A stretch of DNA of 22,731 bases, from the UHGV virus genome UHGV-1353574. The stretch is one strand, 5' to 3'. The stretch is from a virus. Numbering within the stretch: the first letter of the stretch is position 1; the number at the start of each line of letters is the position of its first letter. The position numbers and the translations under genes are program-made. Under the pieces are notes generated by a model that was not told where the DNA came from, did no database searches, and was given only the letters and a program-made list of their open reading frames with translations. Below are positions 1 through 7,321 of this stretch, piece by piece.

Positions 1-489
1 TGTTCCTACCCAACTGTCTTGCATCGGCCGACGCTGATCTACTGAGCGTGAAGGGTGACATTTATATCCCTGATAATCAGTACCGGAACCCGCAGGTGTG
101 TGACGGTATTCAGAAGAGTACTGCATGTCTGGCACATGAACTGGCATCAGGGACTTGCGGGGTGTGAAGTAGAACAACCCCCACTTTGGTGGTAGGTCTT
201 CAACCCTGATCACTTCCTGAGGGCAGACATAAAAGCGGTATGCGCCCATACCCGTCGTCGGATCCATGCGATGAGGCTTCTTCTTGTCGGTAAGGAAATC
301 AGAGCGAGACACCTTCACTTCCATCAGGATAGAGCAACCGCCGGAACGGAACCCGATGGCATCAGGTGATTCTTTGTTGTCAAACGAATTTGGCTCGATG
401 AAGACAGCGCCGCAGTTCATGCGACCGCGCAGGTAGTTGGCCGCGATCTCACATCCTTCGCGGTGTGACGGGATAAAGATTTTGCTCAT
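1..489 (-). CDS. hypothetical protein, first 163 codons only (gene continues beyond position 1); possible PD-(D/E)XK-type nuclease
   Basis: ATG at 489-487 on the minus strand; frame has no stop through to the window edge. Absent from the ORF track because no stop lies in the window. Translation begins MSKIFIPSHREGCEIAANYLRGRMNCGAVFIEPNSFDNKESPDAIGFRSGGCSILMEVKVSRSDF; the PD-x13-EVK spacing resembles the PD-(D/E)XK nuclease signature. Confidence 0.5.
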   Translation of the reverse strand, partial: MSKIFIPSHREGCEIAANYLRGRMNCGAVFIEPNSFDNKESPDAIGFRSGGCSILMEVKVSRSDFLTDKKKPHRMDPTTGMGAYRFYVCPQEVIRVEDLPPKWGLFYFTPRKSLMPVHVPDMQYSSEYRHTPAGSGTDYQGYKCHPSRSVDQRRPMQDSWVGT

Positions 490-546
490 TGTCCTTTCCT
501 TTTGGTGAATAATGAGCAAAATTATATGCCTTTATTTCGTATTGAC

Positions 547-900
547 TTACGACAGCTGCTTCAGTTTGTAGATCGTCTGATAGCACAGTGTCTTGATATC
601 GTCAAGAGTGCTCTGAAGGTGGGAGTCACACTGCTTGTAGATACCATCGACGTCTATCACCACACTGTTAATATAGGAGATAGGGTCTGGGTTGTACAAT
701 TTGATATTCTCGAATGATGGAACATACTGACCACCCGCACCGATGTATGCTTCGGTAAACGTGTCCAGCAAGTCCTCTAGATCCCCGTAGAACTCCCCGA
801 GTGCCTTGTGCTTGGCATAGGACGTTGTAACGAAGTGCAAGGCATGAGAGTGGGCTATAGCAAGCAGTCCACGGTTGATGAAAATACTCGCATTGACCAT
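547..900 (-). CDS. hypothetical protein (117 aa)
   Basis: Track ORF 547..960 starts with TTG; the first ATG is at 900-898 with GAGGA 8 nt upstream. Stop TAA at 547-549. No recognisable motif. Confidence 0.55.
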   Translation of the reverse strand: MVNASIFINRGLLAIAHSHALHFVTTSYAKHKALGEFYGDLEDLLDTFTEAYIGAGGQYVPSFENIKLYNPDPISYINSVVIDVDGIYKQCDSHLQSTLDDIKTLCYQTIYKLKQLS

Positions 901-910
901 GATGTTGTCC

Positions 911-945
911 TCAGAAAAAGAAATCCCCCGGTATTTAAGGGGGAT
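911..945 (-). terminator. intercistronic stem-loop with U-tract (minus-strand sense), directly upstream of the RBS of the 547..900 gene
   Basis: Stem ATCCCCC (923-929) pairs with GGGGGAT (939-945), 9-nt loop; followed on the minus strand by UUCUUUUUCU (rc of 911-922). Confidence 0.4.
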
Positions 946-994
946 CCAGTTACAGACCAAGTTCTTTCGTCGTGGCGTCGTCTAGTGCAACCTC

Positions 995-1564
995 TTAGAC
1001 AGGCTTAACACCGAGGAACTTGGCAATGTCAGCAGCCAGGTTTTTACCCTTGCTGATATCATGCTCCTTGCCGTTGCAGGTGACGATCACATACGGGTCA
1101 TCTTCACCACCGAAGTTCACGGTGATCGTCTTGCCGATGCCAGGGATGCCAGAGTATTCGAACTCAGTACGACCACTCTTGCGAGACTTGCCAGCACCCA
1201 GTGCTTTGCCGATCATCTTGTCCATGTTCGCCAGTTCCTGAACATAGGATTCGGTCACCTGGCCTTTGTCGGCAGACTTGCCAAAGAAGAATTCGAAGCC
1301 GTCATAGACAGCAACGACTTCCTGACCTTGGGAGATACCGTGAGTCTGATCCGGAGTCAGCTTCACCTTGATGGTGTTGCCATTGGTTAACTCCAGGTTA
1401 TATACATCCGCCTGATTGTCAGGAGTGATCTGGGTCACGGTAGCGCCAGAGCACCACTGGGTGCCGTCAGCTTGCTTGGTGATGGATACGGTCTTACCCT
1501 GGACACCAGCATGGGTCTGAGGTTTAGCGGCTTGTTCTTTAAAATATTCGATAAACGGTTTCAT
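995..1564 (-). CDS. hypothetical protein (189 aa), likely late-expressed
   Basis: ATG at 1564-1562 with GAGGAG 6 nt upstream; TATAAATA box about 25 nt upstream of the ATG (minus strand). Stop TAA at 995-997. Confidence 0.75.
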   Translation of the reverse strand: MKPFIEYFKEQAAKPQTHAGVQGKTVSITKQADGTQWCSGATVTQITPDNQADVYNLELTNGNTIKVKLTPDQTHGISQGQEVVAVYDGFEFFFGKSADKGQVTESYVQELANMDKMIGKALGAGKSRKSGRTEFEYSGIPGIGKTITVNFGGEDDPYVIVTCNGKEHDISKGKNLAADIAKFLGVKPV

Positions 1565-1588
1565 CTTAATCTCCTCGGGGATTTCAGT

Positions 1589-1596
1589 TATTTATA
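1589..1596 (-). promoter_or_regulatory. T4-type late promoter box TATAAATA
   Basis: Plus strand tatttata at 1589-1596 is TATAAATA on the minus strand, correctly placed upstream of the 995..1564 gene. This octamer is the consensus recognised by T4 gp55-RNAP. Confidence 0.5.
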
Positions 1597-1613
1597 AGCC
1601 CCCGAAGGGGCTT
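1596..1613 (-). terminator. stable hairpin with UUCG tetraloop between the 1025-aa gene and the late promoter
   Basis: Minus-strand RNA AAGCCCC-UUCG-GGGGCUU: 7-bp perfect stem, UUCG loop. Sits 8 nt after the stop of the 1621..4698 gene and abuts the TATAAATA box. No long U-tract, so it may be a stability or processing element rather than a terminator. Confidence 0.4.
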
Positions 1614-1620
1614 TCGATGA

Positions 1621-4600
1621 TCAGATCTTAATCTGCATGTTTCCACCCAGGGACTGCTCATACTCGCTGTATGCACTTTCCCCGTTGTCTTGCGACCACT
1701 GGTCAGACTGTTGGGCACGAGCCAGGGTCATCAGGTTTGGTTCAGTCGGGTTGTAGCCCTTGGACTTCGCATCCCGGTACAGAGTCTGCAGGTACTGGTT
1801 GGCGCGGTCAATCTGAGCTTTGAACTCTCGATATGCCCCTTCAGTTGTGTTGCGGCGGAAGGTGATATCCCAGTCCACGTTCAGAGTCTGCCCATCACGG
1901 CTTGCATAGATCTGCCAATCCAGGTCGCGACCTTTTGGTGCGTTGTCTCGGATGGAGTCGGCGTATGCCGCAAGGTCGGCACCAGTCTTCTTCGCAGTAC
2001 TCGACTCTTTCTCCAGTCTCTCGGTTTCTTTGGATAGGATACCCAACATAAAATCATTAGTGCGGCGATCCGCCATGTCGTACCCGCGCCAAAGGACTGA
2101 ACCGTTGTTGTCAACAGAAATGTCGTCCAAAAATACTTGTTTCGGATTATACGACGTGCTTTTCAGAGTTTGCATATTCCGAGATATCATTTCCATATTA
2201 GAAGAAATTTCATCGATCACGGCCTGAACAATATCTTTCTTCAAAGTAAGTTCATATGTCTTCGGATTGTTCAGGGTACGACCTTTATTGGATACCATAG
2301 GCGTGATCGCCACTTTGCCTTTGTCGTAGTAATAGGTCACATTCGTGGTCAATACAGCACCATCATACTTCCCAGTTTTCGGGAAATTGACGCCAGACCA
2401 AGTGATGGACATACCGTTGACAGTCTCACCAAACACCATGGCGTTGCGTGGCATCTTCAGGGTTCCAGAGTTGACCAGATCATCGCCTTGGGCATTCAGG
2501 TCGATAGAACCATAGATGGTCCCGGTGATACGATCTTTCAGCATCAGGGTCTTGTCGCCTTTCTCTGGGATGATTTCCAGTGGGTGCTTGCCACGCGGAG
2601 GCTCTTTGATGAGTTCCAGCAGAGCAGTGTTCCCTGGCTTCACACGATTCAGGACAGCGTCGGACACTGTCAGAGTCCAGTTTGCGGTTTCCACATAACC
2701 CCAGCCCCGAGAACGGCGAATGGCTTTGATAGGATATGGAGCGCTTGTTGGCACTGCGCTAATTTCCCATTTGCCAGTGTACTGGGTCTTGGCAACCTCA
2801 AAGATGGACGCAATTACCGCATTGGCGACGTCACGGGCGCTACCTTTGGCCACGTTCTCCTCTTCAGCAATTTCGCTGAAAACTGAGTATTGAACGAAAC
2901 CAGCGAGGACGTTTGTGAAGTTGACAACGATAACCAACCCGCCTGCCGTCGTGTAACGACCAGCGCCCACACGACGGATGTTCTCACCAGGAAGAATAGA
3001 AGTGTCCAGCCCAACGTTGGTATCAATGATACCCAGAACACGAGCGATGAAACCGCTGTCGCGTAATTGATCAACACTGGTTGCACCCTCGGTCGAATCC
3101 GATGCGGATTTAGACACTTTGTTCAACTTGATAGAGACAAGGGTTTCCCCGTTGACACCGATGATATCCCATTCAGTACCCTGCTCGTTCGAGATGCGGG
3201 CAATCTTGCGCTTTGAATTGATGGCACCTTCGTAACGCCCGTTCTTGACTACAACAGAGGCTGTGGCAGCATCAGTAGCACTTGCTGCATTTGAAAAGTC
3301 TGGGTCAGAAATACTGATATCGACGTCACCGTTTTGAGAACGCATGCGAACACCGTTTTTGAATCGTTCCACGTTTACTTCTCGAGCACCAAGTCGTTTG
3401 GCATCAATAACAGCAGTTCCAGAACCGATAATATTGGCTGGGTTATTTCTGTCTGAACTGTTTTGAGAACCTTTCCAAAATTTTGTGGACGCCGTGGTGA
3501 AATCATTCAGGATACTGATAGGGACTTGTGGTAATTTCAACTGACGAGCAATGAAATCAGCACTTTGCCCACGCACAGGTTTCTCATTCATGTATGCGCC
3601 AACATACACGCCCGGCTCATTGTAGTGGGGAGCGATATTTGCCGTGTTCATGCGGCCTCTCTCCTTACCAGCCCATAACAACATGGGCTGATCCCCGTTT
3701 GAAGTTAATTTCCATCCGTTGGAATTATCAACAGAAGATGAAGAACCAGCCCCGGTTCCCAAGTTTGTTTTTCTGGAATCTTCTACGTTTAGATTGAACA
3801 ATTGTTTCCCAGATGAGTCGGAAGCAATAAATTCATATTTCTTGCCACTGCGGGTACTCGTGCTGTTAACTTTGATGTTTCCAGTGTATCTTCCTGGATT
3901 CGTTTTTTGCATGAAATTGGTAATTGCAGCAGAAGGGGTTTTCATCCCAGAAATGATTCTAGCTGTCTCGGGATCAGTGAAAGACACTACGAGTTTGCGC
4001 CCATCCATCACTGTGATATCATTTCCAGACACCGAAATATCCAAGTCTTCCATTTCAGAACGGAAATCAACACCAACAACAATGGTTTGACCAGTTCCAC
4101 CCACAACGCCATCAACGCTGTTCTGAACCGGAACGTCACCGACCTTGTCTGGATCATCCCAGGTGATACCCTGCATCTTCGGACCGTCGAATACCTGAGC
4201 CGGATCTTTACCCTTGCGGACCAGCCACACATAACCACGGTCAGGGACAGGCGCGTAGGTCAGGTCCATGACATTCAGTTTCTGTTTCAGGCCGGACTGG
4301 CGGATGATCTTAGGAATCAGGGTCATACCGCGATCCAGCGCTTTCTTAGAGAAGTTGACAGCAAAGCCATCGATGGTCTTGCCCAGAGGAGTCGCCATGA
4401 ATTGTTTGGTCGCTTCGATCATGGAAGCGATAACGCGCATTGGGTTCTTGAAGCGAGCGATGGCGTCAGGATAGACGGAGCCGCGCTTCTGGCCGATGAA
4501 AACCTGACGAACGCTCTTGCCCAGCCCCTGAGGGGTATAGAACTGAATACGGTATTCCTTTTCATCTTCGTCGATGAAGGTGAAGAACACATCGCCTGCG

Positions 4601-4698
4601 TTCTTCTTACCCATGGTCAGCTCATACGGAGCGGAGTTGAACGCTTCGTCCAACTGATCTCTTTCCTGCATGAACTGGAGGAAACTTAGCTTTGACAT
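1621..4698 (-). CDS. large hypothetical protein (1025 aa)
   Basis: Long uninterrupted ORF; ATG at 4698-4696 with GGGAGA upstream; stop TGA at 1621-1623. No Walker, polymerase, nuclease or repeat motif recognised by eye. Confidence 0.8.
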   Translation of the reverse strand: MSKLSFLQFMQERDQLDEAFNSAPYELTMGKKNAGDVFFTFIDEDEKEYRIQFYTPQGLGKSVRQVFIGQKRGSVYPDAIARFKNPMRVIASMIEATKQFMATPLGKTIDGFAVNFSKKALDRGMTLIPKIIRQSGLKQKLNVMDLTYAPVPDRGYVWLVRKGKDPAQVFDGPKMQGITWDDPDKVGDVPVQNSVDGVVGGTGQTIVVGVDFRSEMEDLDISVSGNDITVMDGRKLVVSFTDPETARIISGMKTPSAAITNFMQKTNPGRYTGNIKVNSTSTRSGKKYEFIASDSSGKQLFNLNVEDSRKTNLGTGAGSSSSVDNSNGWKLTSNGDQPMLLWAGKERGRMNTANIAPHYNEPGVYVGAYMNEKPVRGQSADFIARQLKLPQVPISILNDFTTASTKFWKGSQNSSDRNNPANIIGSGTAVIDAKRLGAREVNVERFKNGVRMRSQNGDVDISISDPDFSNAASATDAATASVVVKNGRYEGAINSKRKIARISNEQGTEWDIIGVNGETLVSIKLNKVSKSASDSTEGATSVDQLRDSGFIARVLGIIDTNVGLDTSILPGENIRRVGAGRYTTAGGLVIVVNFTNVLAGFVQYSVFSEIAEEENVAKGSARDVANAVIASIFEVAKTQYTGKWEISAVPTSAPYPIKAIRRSRGWGYVETANWTLTVSDAVLNRVKPGNTALLELIKEPPRGKHPLEIIPEKGDKTLMLKDRITGTIYGSIDLNAQGDDLVNSGTLKMPRNAMVFGETVNGMSITWSGVNFPKTGKYDGAVLTTNVTYYYDKGKVAITPMVSNKGRTLNNPKTYELTLKKDIVQAVIDEISSNMEMISRNMQTLKSTSYNPKQVFLDDISVDNNGSVLWRGYDMADRRTNDFMLGILSKETERLEKESSTAKKTGADLAAYADSIRDNAPKGRDLDWQIYASRDGQTLNVDWDITFRRNTTEGAYREFKAQIDRANQYLQTLYRDAKSKGYNPTEPNLMTLARAQQSDQWSQDNGESAYSEYEQSLGGNMQIKI

Positions 4699-4753
4699 TT
4701 TATATCTCCCGATTGAATTAAATGGCGGTTTCTTCTAATTAGCGAAACCAAAA

Positions 4754-4769
4754 GGGAGCGTCAGCCCCC
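4754..4769 (-). terminator. putative rho-independent terminator after the 4775..5110 gene
   Basis: Minus-strand RNA GGGGGC-UGAC-GCUCCC (one G-U pair) followed by UUUUGGUUU. Confidence 0.35.
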
Positions 4770-4774
4770 TTATC

Positions 4775-5110
4775 TTATTTTTGAACTTGGGCTACAGACA
4801 TCGCCCAGATCGGGAGGGTGTGGGAGTCCAGGGCTTCCAGTAGATATTCGACGCGCTCTGACATGATGCCTTCAGGGAAGTTTACTTCTTCCGGCTCGCT
4901 GTTGGCCGTCCAGCCCAGAGACAACCCTTCAGCGTGATGGATGATATAAACGAAGTCGCCAGATTCGTAGTCCTTTTCCATCAGGTCGAAGAAATCTTCC
5001 ATTTCTTCGTCGGAGAAGTAGTAGATGCGAGGTACAGAGCCATCAGCAAAGTGCTCAGCACCCTGGAAGGTAAACATGTCATCAGTGGTGAAGTTCTTGA
5101 GTTGTGTCAT
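4775..5110 (-). CDS. small highly acidic hypothetical protein (111 aa)
   Basis: Track start at 5131 is TTG; first ATG at 5110-5108 with AGGAA upstream. About 24 Asp/Glu in 111 residues and few basic residues. Confidence 0.6.
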   Translation of the reverse strand: MTQLKNFTTDDMFTFQGAEHFADGSVPRIYYFSDEEMEDFFDLMEKDYESGDFVYIIHHAEGLSLGWTANSEPEEVNFPEGIMSERVEYLLEALDSHTLPIWAMSVAQVQK

Positions 5111-5158
5111 GATATAGTTCCTGCTATTCAAGTTGGTGTCGTACTGCTTATGGAATGA

Positions 5159-5187
5159 AGTATAGGGAAGGATATTGAAGAAGTAAA
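5159..5187 (-). promoter_or_regulatory. candidate sigma70-like (T4 early-type) promoter for the 4775..5110 gene
   Basis: Minus-strand TTTACT (rc of 5182-5187), 17-nt spacer, TATACT (rc of 5159-5164). The -35 overlaps the adjacent stem-loop. Confidence 0.3.
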
Positions 5188-5205
5188 GGGGCGTTTGCCC
5201 CTTTT
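5185..5205 (-). terminator. putative terminator hairpin after the 5217..5852 gene
   Basis: AAAGGGGC (5185-5192), loop GTTT, GCCCCTTTT (5197-5205): 8-bp perfect stem, T-rich on both sides, so possibly bidirectional. Confidence 0.45.
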
Positions 5206-5216
5206 ATTGAATTATT

Positions 5217-5852
5217 TTACGGCGTTGTAACCACCGGGATATGAGACCGGATTCCAGCGATGATGTCCTTCAGCTGAGGCTTCCATCCATCCACCAAACG
5301 GGGTAGAGCGATAGCACCAGGCTGAACTAAAATGATGTCGCTGCCTGTGATATTGTGCTGAGGGAACTGGGCAAGGTACTGCTCCATGGTGACACCCTCA
5401 TCAATCAGAACCGCACCGACGTCAGACGATGCGTAGGTTGCACCCAGACCGTCAACACCCCATGCCAAGATGCCCCAGTCAGGGATGTTGGCTTCGGATG
5501 TGATGGTGAATCCAAACACGGTGTTCAGGGAGGTGAAGGAATAGACATCGTGAGTTATGTCATACACCAGATACCCCTTGGCCAGCATATCGGCAAAGAT
5601 CGCGTCCGTATCGCCAGCAGCCGGAGTCGGTACAGTAAACAACAGCTCGCCATCAGGAGGAGCAGGATACGTGCCGAGGGCATAGAGGCACCACGCATCT
5701 ATGCACTTCTTAATGAACGCCTCGGGCGCGACATAATCAGCAAGGCGAACCGTACCTGAGTACTCGGATACGATGATGCCTTCCTTCGCACCCTGTAGAG
5801 CAATGAAGACCAAGATATGTTCATATCCGGCCTGAGATGGAGTGATGTTCAT
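5217..5852 (-). CDS. hypothetical protein (211 aa), translationally coupled to the upstream transglycosylase-like gene
   Basis: Track ORF 5217..5948 would overlap the upstream gene by 96 nt. An internal ATG at 5852-5850 with GAGGA 9 nt upstream forms a TAATG stop/start overlap with the upstream gene, so that start is preferred. Confidence 0.65.
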   Translation of the reverse strand: MNITPSQAGYEHILVFIALQGAKEGIIVSEYSGTVRLADYVAPEAFIKKCIDAWCLYALGTYPAPPDGELLFTVPTPAAGDTDAIFADMLAKGYLVYDITHDVYSFTSLNTVFGFTITSEANIPDWGILAWGVDGLGATYASSDVGAVLIDEGVTMEQYLAQFPQHNITGSDIILVQPGAIALPRLVDGWKPQLKDIIAGIRSHIPVVTTP

Positions 5853-6466
5853 TATCTTGTCCTCTTCAGTTTCTCTATTGTGTGCTTGTTCATGGCGATC
5901 ACCTGAGGATCTACCTCGGAGATGGTCCGGCCTTCGAAGGACACACATTTCTGAAGATATTTAGCTTTCTTCACGACGTCGGCAGCATAAGCGTTCGATG
6001 CGGGATTACGGGCGAAGCCAGCATTGTAAGAGGAGAGGGATTTGCGGATATTCTGATTGTGATAGGTCAGCCAGAACTGCATCTCATCGAGGGCGGCTTG
6101 CGCGGCATATTCTTGGTCGGTCAGCAACTTTATGGCGACATTGGCATAGCACTTGCGATTCTTACAACCTTCGCGATCACCAACTGTCTTCACCTTGTTC
6201 TGAAAGGCTCCCATGTTGGCCGCCTTGAGGCCGTATCGCATTGACACTACATCTTCGCCAGCGCGGCTCTCACGCCAAGATATGGCGGCCAGAGTGTAGC
6301 CAAGATCTTGTGTCTTGCCCACGTGATAGGCGGTTGCCATCGTATTAAGTTGTTGCTCGGAGAAATTATAAACACATTGACTTGTATTTTGGGAAGCGTG
6401 CACATTCCCGCTGGCAATGGTAAAGGTCACGGACAAGGCCATGGCCTTCAACGTTGTCATCGTCAT
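5852..6466 (-). CDS. exported lytic-transglycosylase-like protein (Slt-domain-like), 204 aa
   Basis: N-terminal signal-peptide-like MTMTTLKAMALSVTFTIASGNVHA; motifs ...SWRESR..., ...MGAFQ... and ...SYNAG... resemble the ES / GLMQ / AYNAG motifs of family-1 lytic transglycosylases. ATG at 6466 with AAGGAA upstream. Confidence 0.6.
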   Translation of the reverse strand: MTMTTLKAMALSVTFTIASGNVHASQNTSQCVYNFSEQQLNTMATAYHVGKTQDLGYTLAAISWRESRAGEDVVSMRYGLKAANMGAFQNKVKTVGDREGCKNRKCYANVAIKLLTDQEYAAQAALDEMQFWLTYHNQNIRKSLSSYNAGFARNPASNAYAADVVKKAKYLQKCVSFEGRTISEVDPQVIAMNKHTIEKLKRTR

Positions 6467-6532
6467 GATGGCGTTCCTTATGTTTTGTCGACTTGCAGCT
6501 CGCTTGAGCCTCCTGACAGGGGTTAAAAGATA

Positions 6533-6558
6533 AAGGGCACGTGGTATTTAGTGCCCTT
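6533..6558 (-). terminator. putative terminator hairpin after the 6564..6848 gene
   Basis: AAGGGCAC (6533-6540) pairs with GTGCCCTT (6551-6558), 10-nt loop; followed on the minus strand by UAUCUUUUAAC. Confidence 0.4.
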
Positions 6559-6563
6559 CAGCC

Positions 6564-6848
6564 TCATTCGTAGATGAGGTGGTAGGATTCCTCGATACAC
6601 TCCAGCCAGCCGTAGACGAACTGTAGAGGGTCATCCCATGCCGTCTTGGTCGCGACGGTAAAGTTGCCGTCCAGGATCTGCATATCTTGGTACTTGTTGA
6701 AAGCGAGTACAGCATCAACCACAATCAGACCGCCCTGCTCAAGATAACGATTCGGAGTGACGGTCACTTGGTAATGAGGATTCCTGCGATTCCATATCTC
6801 CACAGCAATATCACAGGATTCCTGAATTTCATCTTTGTTTTCTGACAT
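6564..6848 (-). CDS. hypothetical protein (94 aa)
   Basis: ATG at 6848-6846; stop TGA at 6564-6566; overlaps the upstream gene by 20 nt. Confidence 0.55.
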   Translation of the reverse strand: MSENKDEIQESCDIAVEIWNRRNPHYQVTVTPNRYLEQGGLIVVDAVLAFNKYQDMQILDGNFTVATKTAWDDPLQFVYGWLECIEESYHLIYE

Positions 6849-7158
6849 ACGTTTGTCTCAGATGTTCAGTAAAGGATTTACCCAGCTTGCGGAATAGTTT
6901 AATACGACCAATGACTTTGACGTAAACATCTCCGTGACAGGGGCGCGGCTTACACCAGCACCCCAATACCTTCCCGTCAAGATCAAGGAGTTCATCCTCA
7001 GTGATATCCCCTTCAATCAGGCGCACATACAGGTCGTCCTCAAACAGTTCGATACAGACGCCTCGTCCATGGTCTTTGACCTCAAATGGGTTCCCCCATT
7101 TACCGGGACGACCGATGTAGACGTCGTATGGCTCCTTCTTGAAGTGGACGACTTTCAT
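6829..7158 (-). CDS. small Cys/His-motif protein, DUF4326-like (109 aa)
   Basis: ATG at 7158-7156. Motifs GRPGKWGNPF and LGCWCKPRPCHGDV match my recollection of the DUF4326 family signature (not verified by search). Confidence 0.6.
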   Translation of the reverse strand: MKVVHFKKEPYDVYIGRPGKWGNPFEVKDHGRGVCIELFEDDLYVRLIEGDITEDELLDLDGKVLGCWCKPRPCHGDVYVKVIGRIKLFRKLGKSFTEHLRQTYVRKQR

Positions 7159-7319
7159 TTCAGGATTTGACCTGCAAGTAGATAACAGAAACAGACAGAG
7201 AACCCGAGATACCCCAGTGATTTCAGGTAGTTTTTCCTTTCGACTTCACGAGAAAATGCAACGATGTCAATGATGCATGCAAAGATCAGTATTGCGAGTT
7301 TAATTTGTTCGTAGTTCAT
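7155..7319 (-). CDS. small two-helix membrane protein (54 aa), absent from the ORF track
   Basis: ATG at 7319-7317 with AAGGA 8 nt upstream, 2 nt after the gp46 stop (TGA-TC-ATG). Its TGA overlaps the next gene's start (ATGA). Translation MNYEQIKLAILIFACIIDIVAFSREVERKNYLKSLGYLGFSVCFCYLLAGQILK has two hydrophobic segments. Confidence 0.5.
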   Translation of the reverse strand: MNYEQIKLAILIFACIIDIVAFSREVERKNYLKSLGYLGFSVCFCYLLAGQILK

Positions 7320-7321
7320 GA

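Noticed and set aside
2060-2090. K-Y-D-G tetrapeptide in the 1025-aa protein as a possible ligase motif I (K-x-D-G)
   Set aside because: Coordinates approximate. Isolated match with no downstream ligase motifs III-V; the motif is short enough to occur by chance.
2137-4689. Plus-strand ORFs 2137..2886 and 3907..4689 (249 and 260 aa)
   Set aside because: Both lie antisense within the continuous 1025-codon minus-strand gene; no independent start signals.
5853-5948. N-terminal extension of the 211-aa gene (track start 5948)
   Set aside because: Would overlap the transglycosylase-like gene by 96 nt and adds an Arg-rich, non-protein-like peptide; the internal ATG at 5852 has GAGGA and a TAATG coupling junction.
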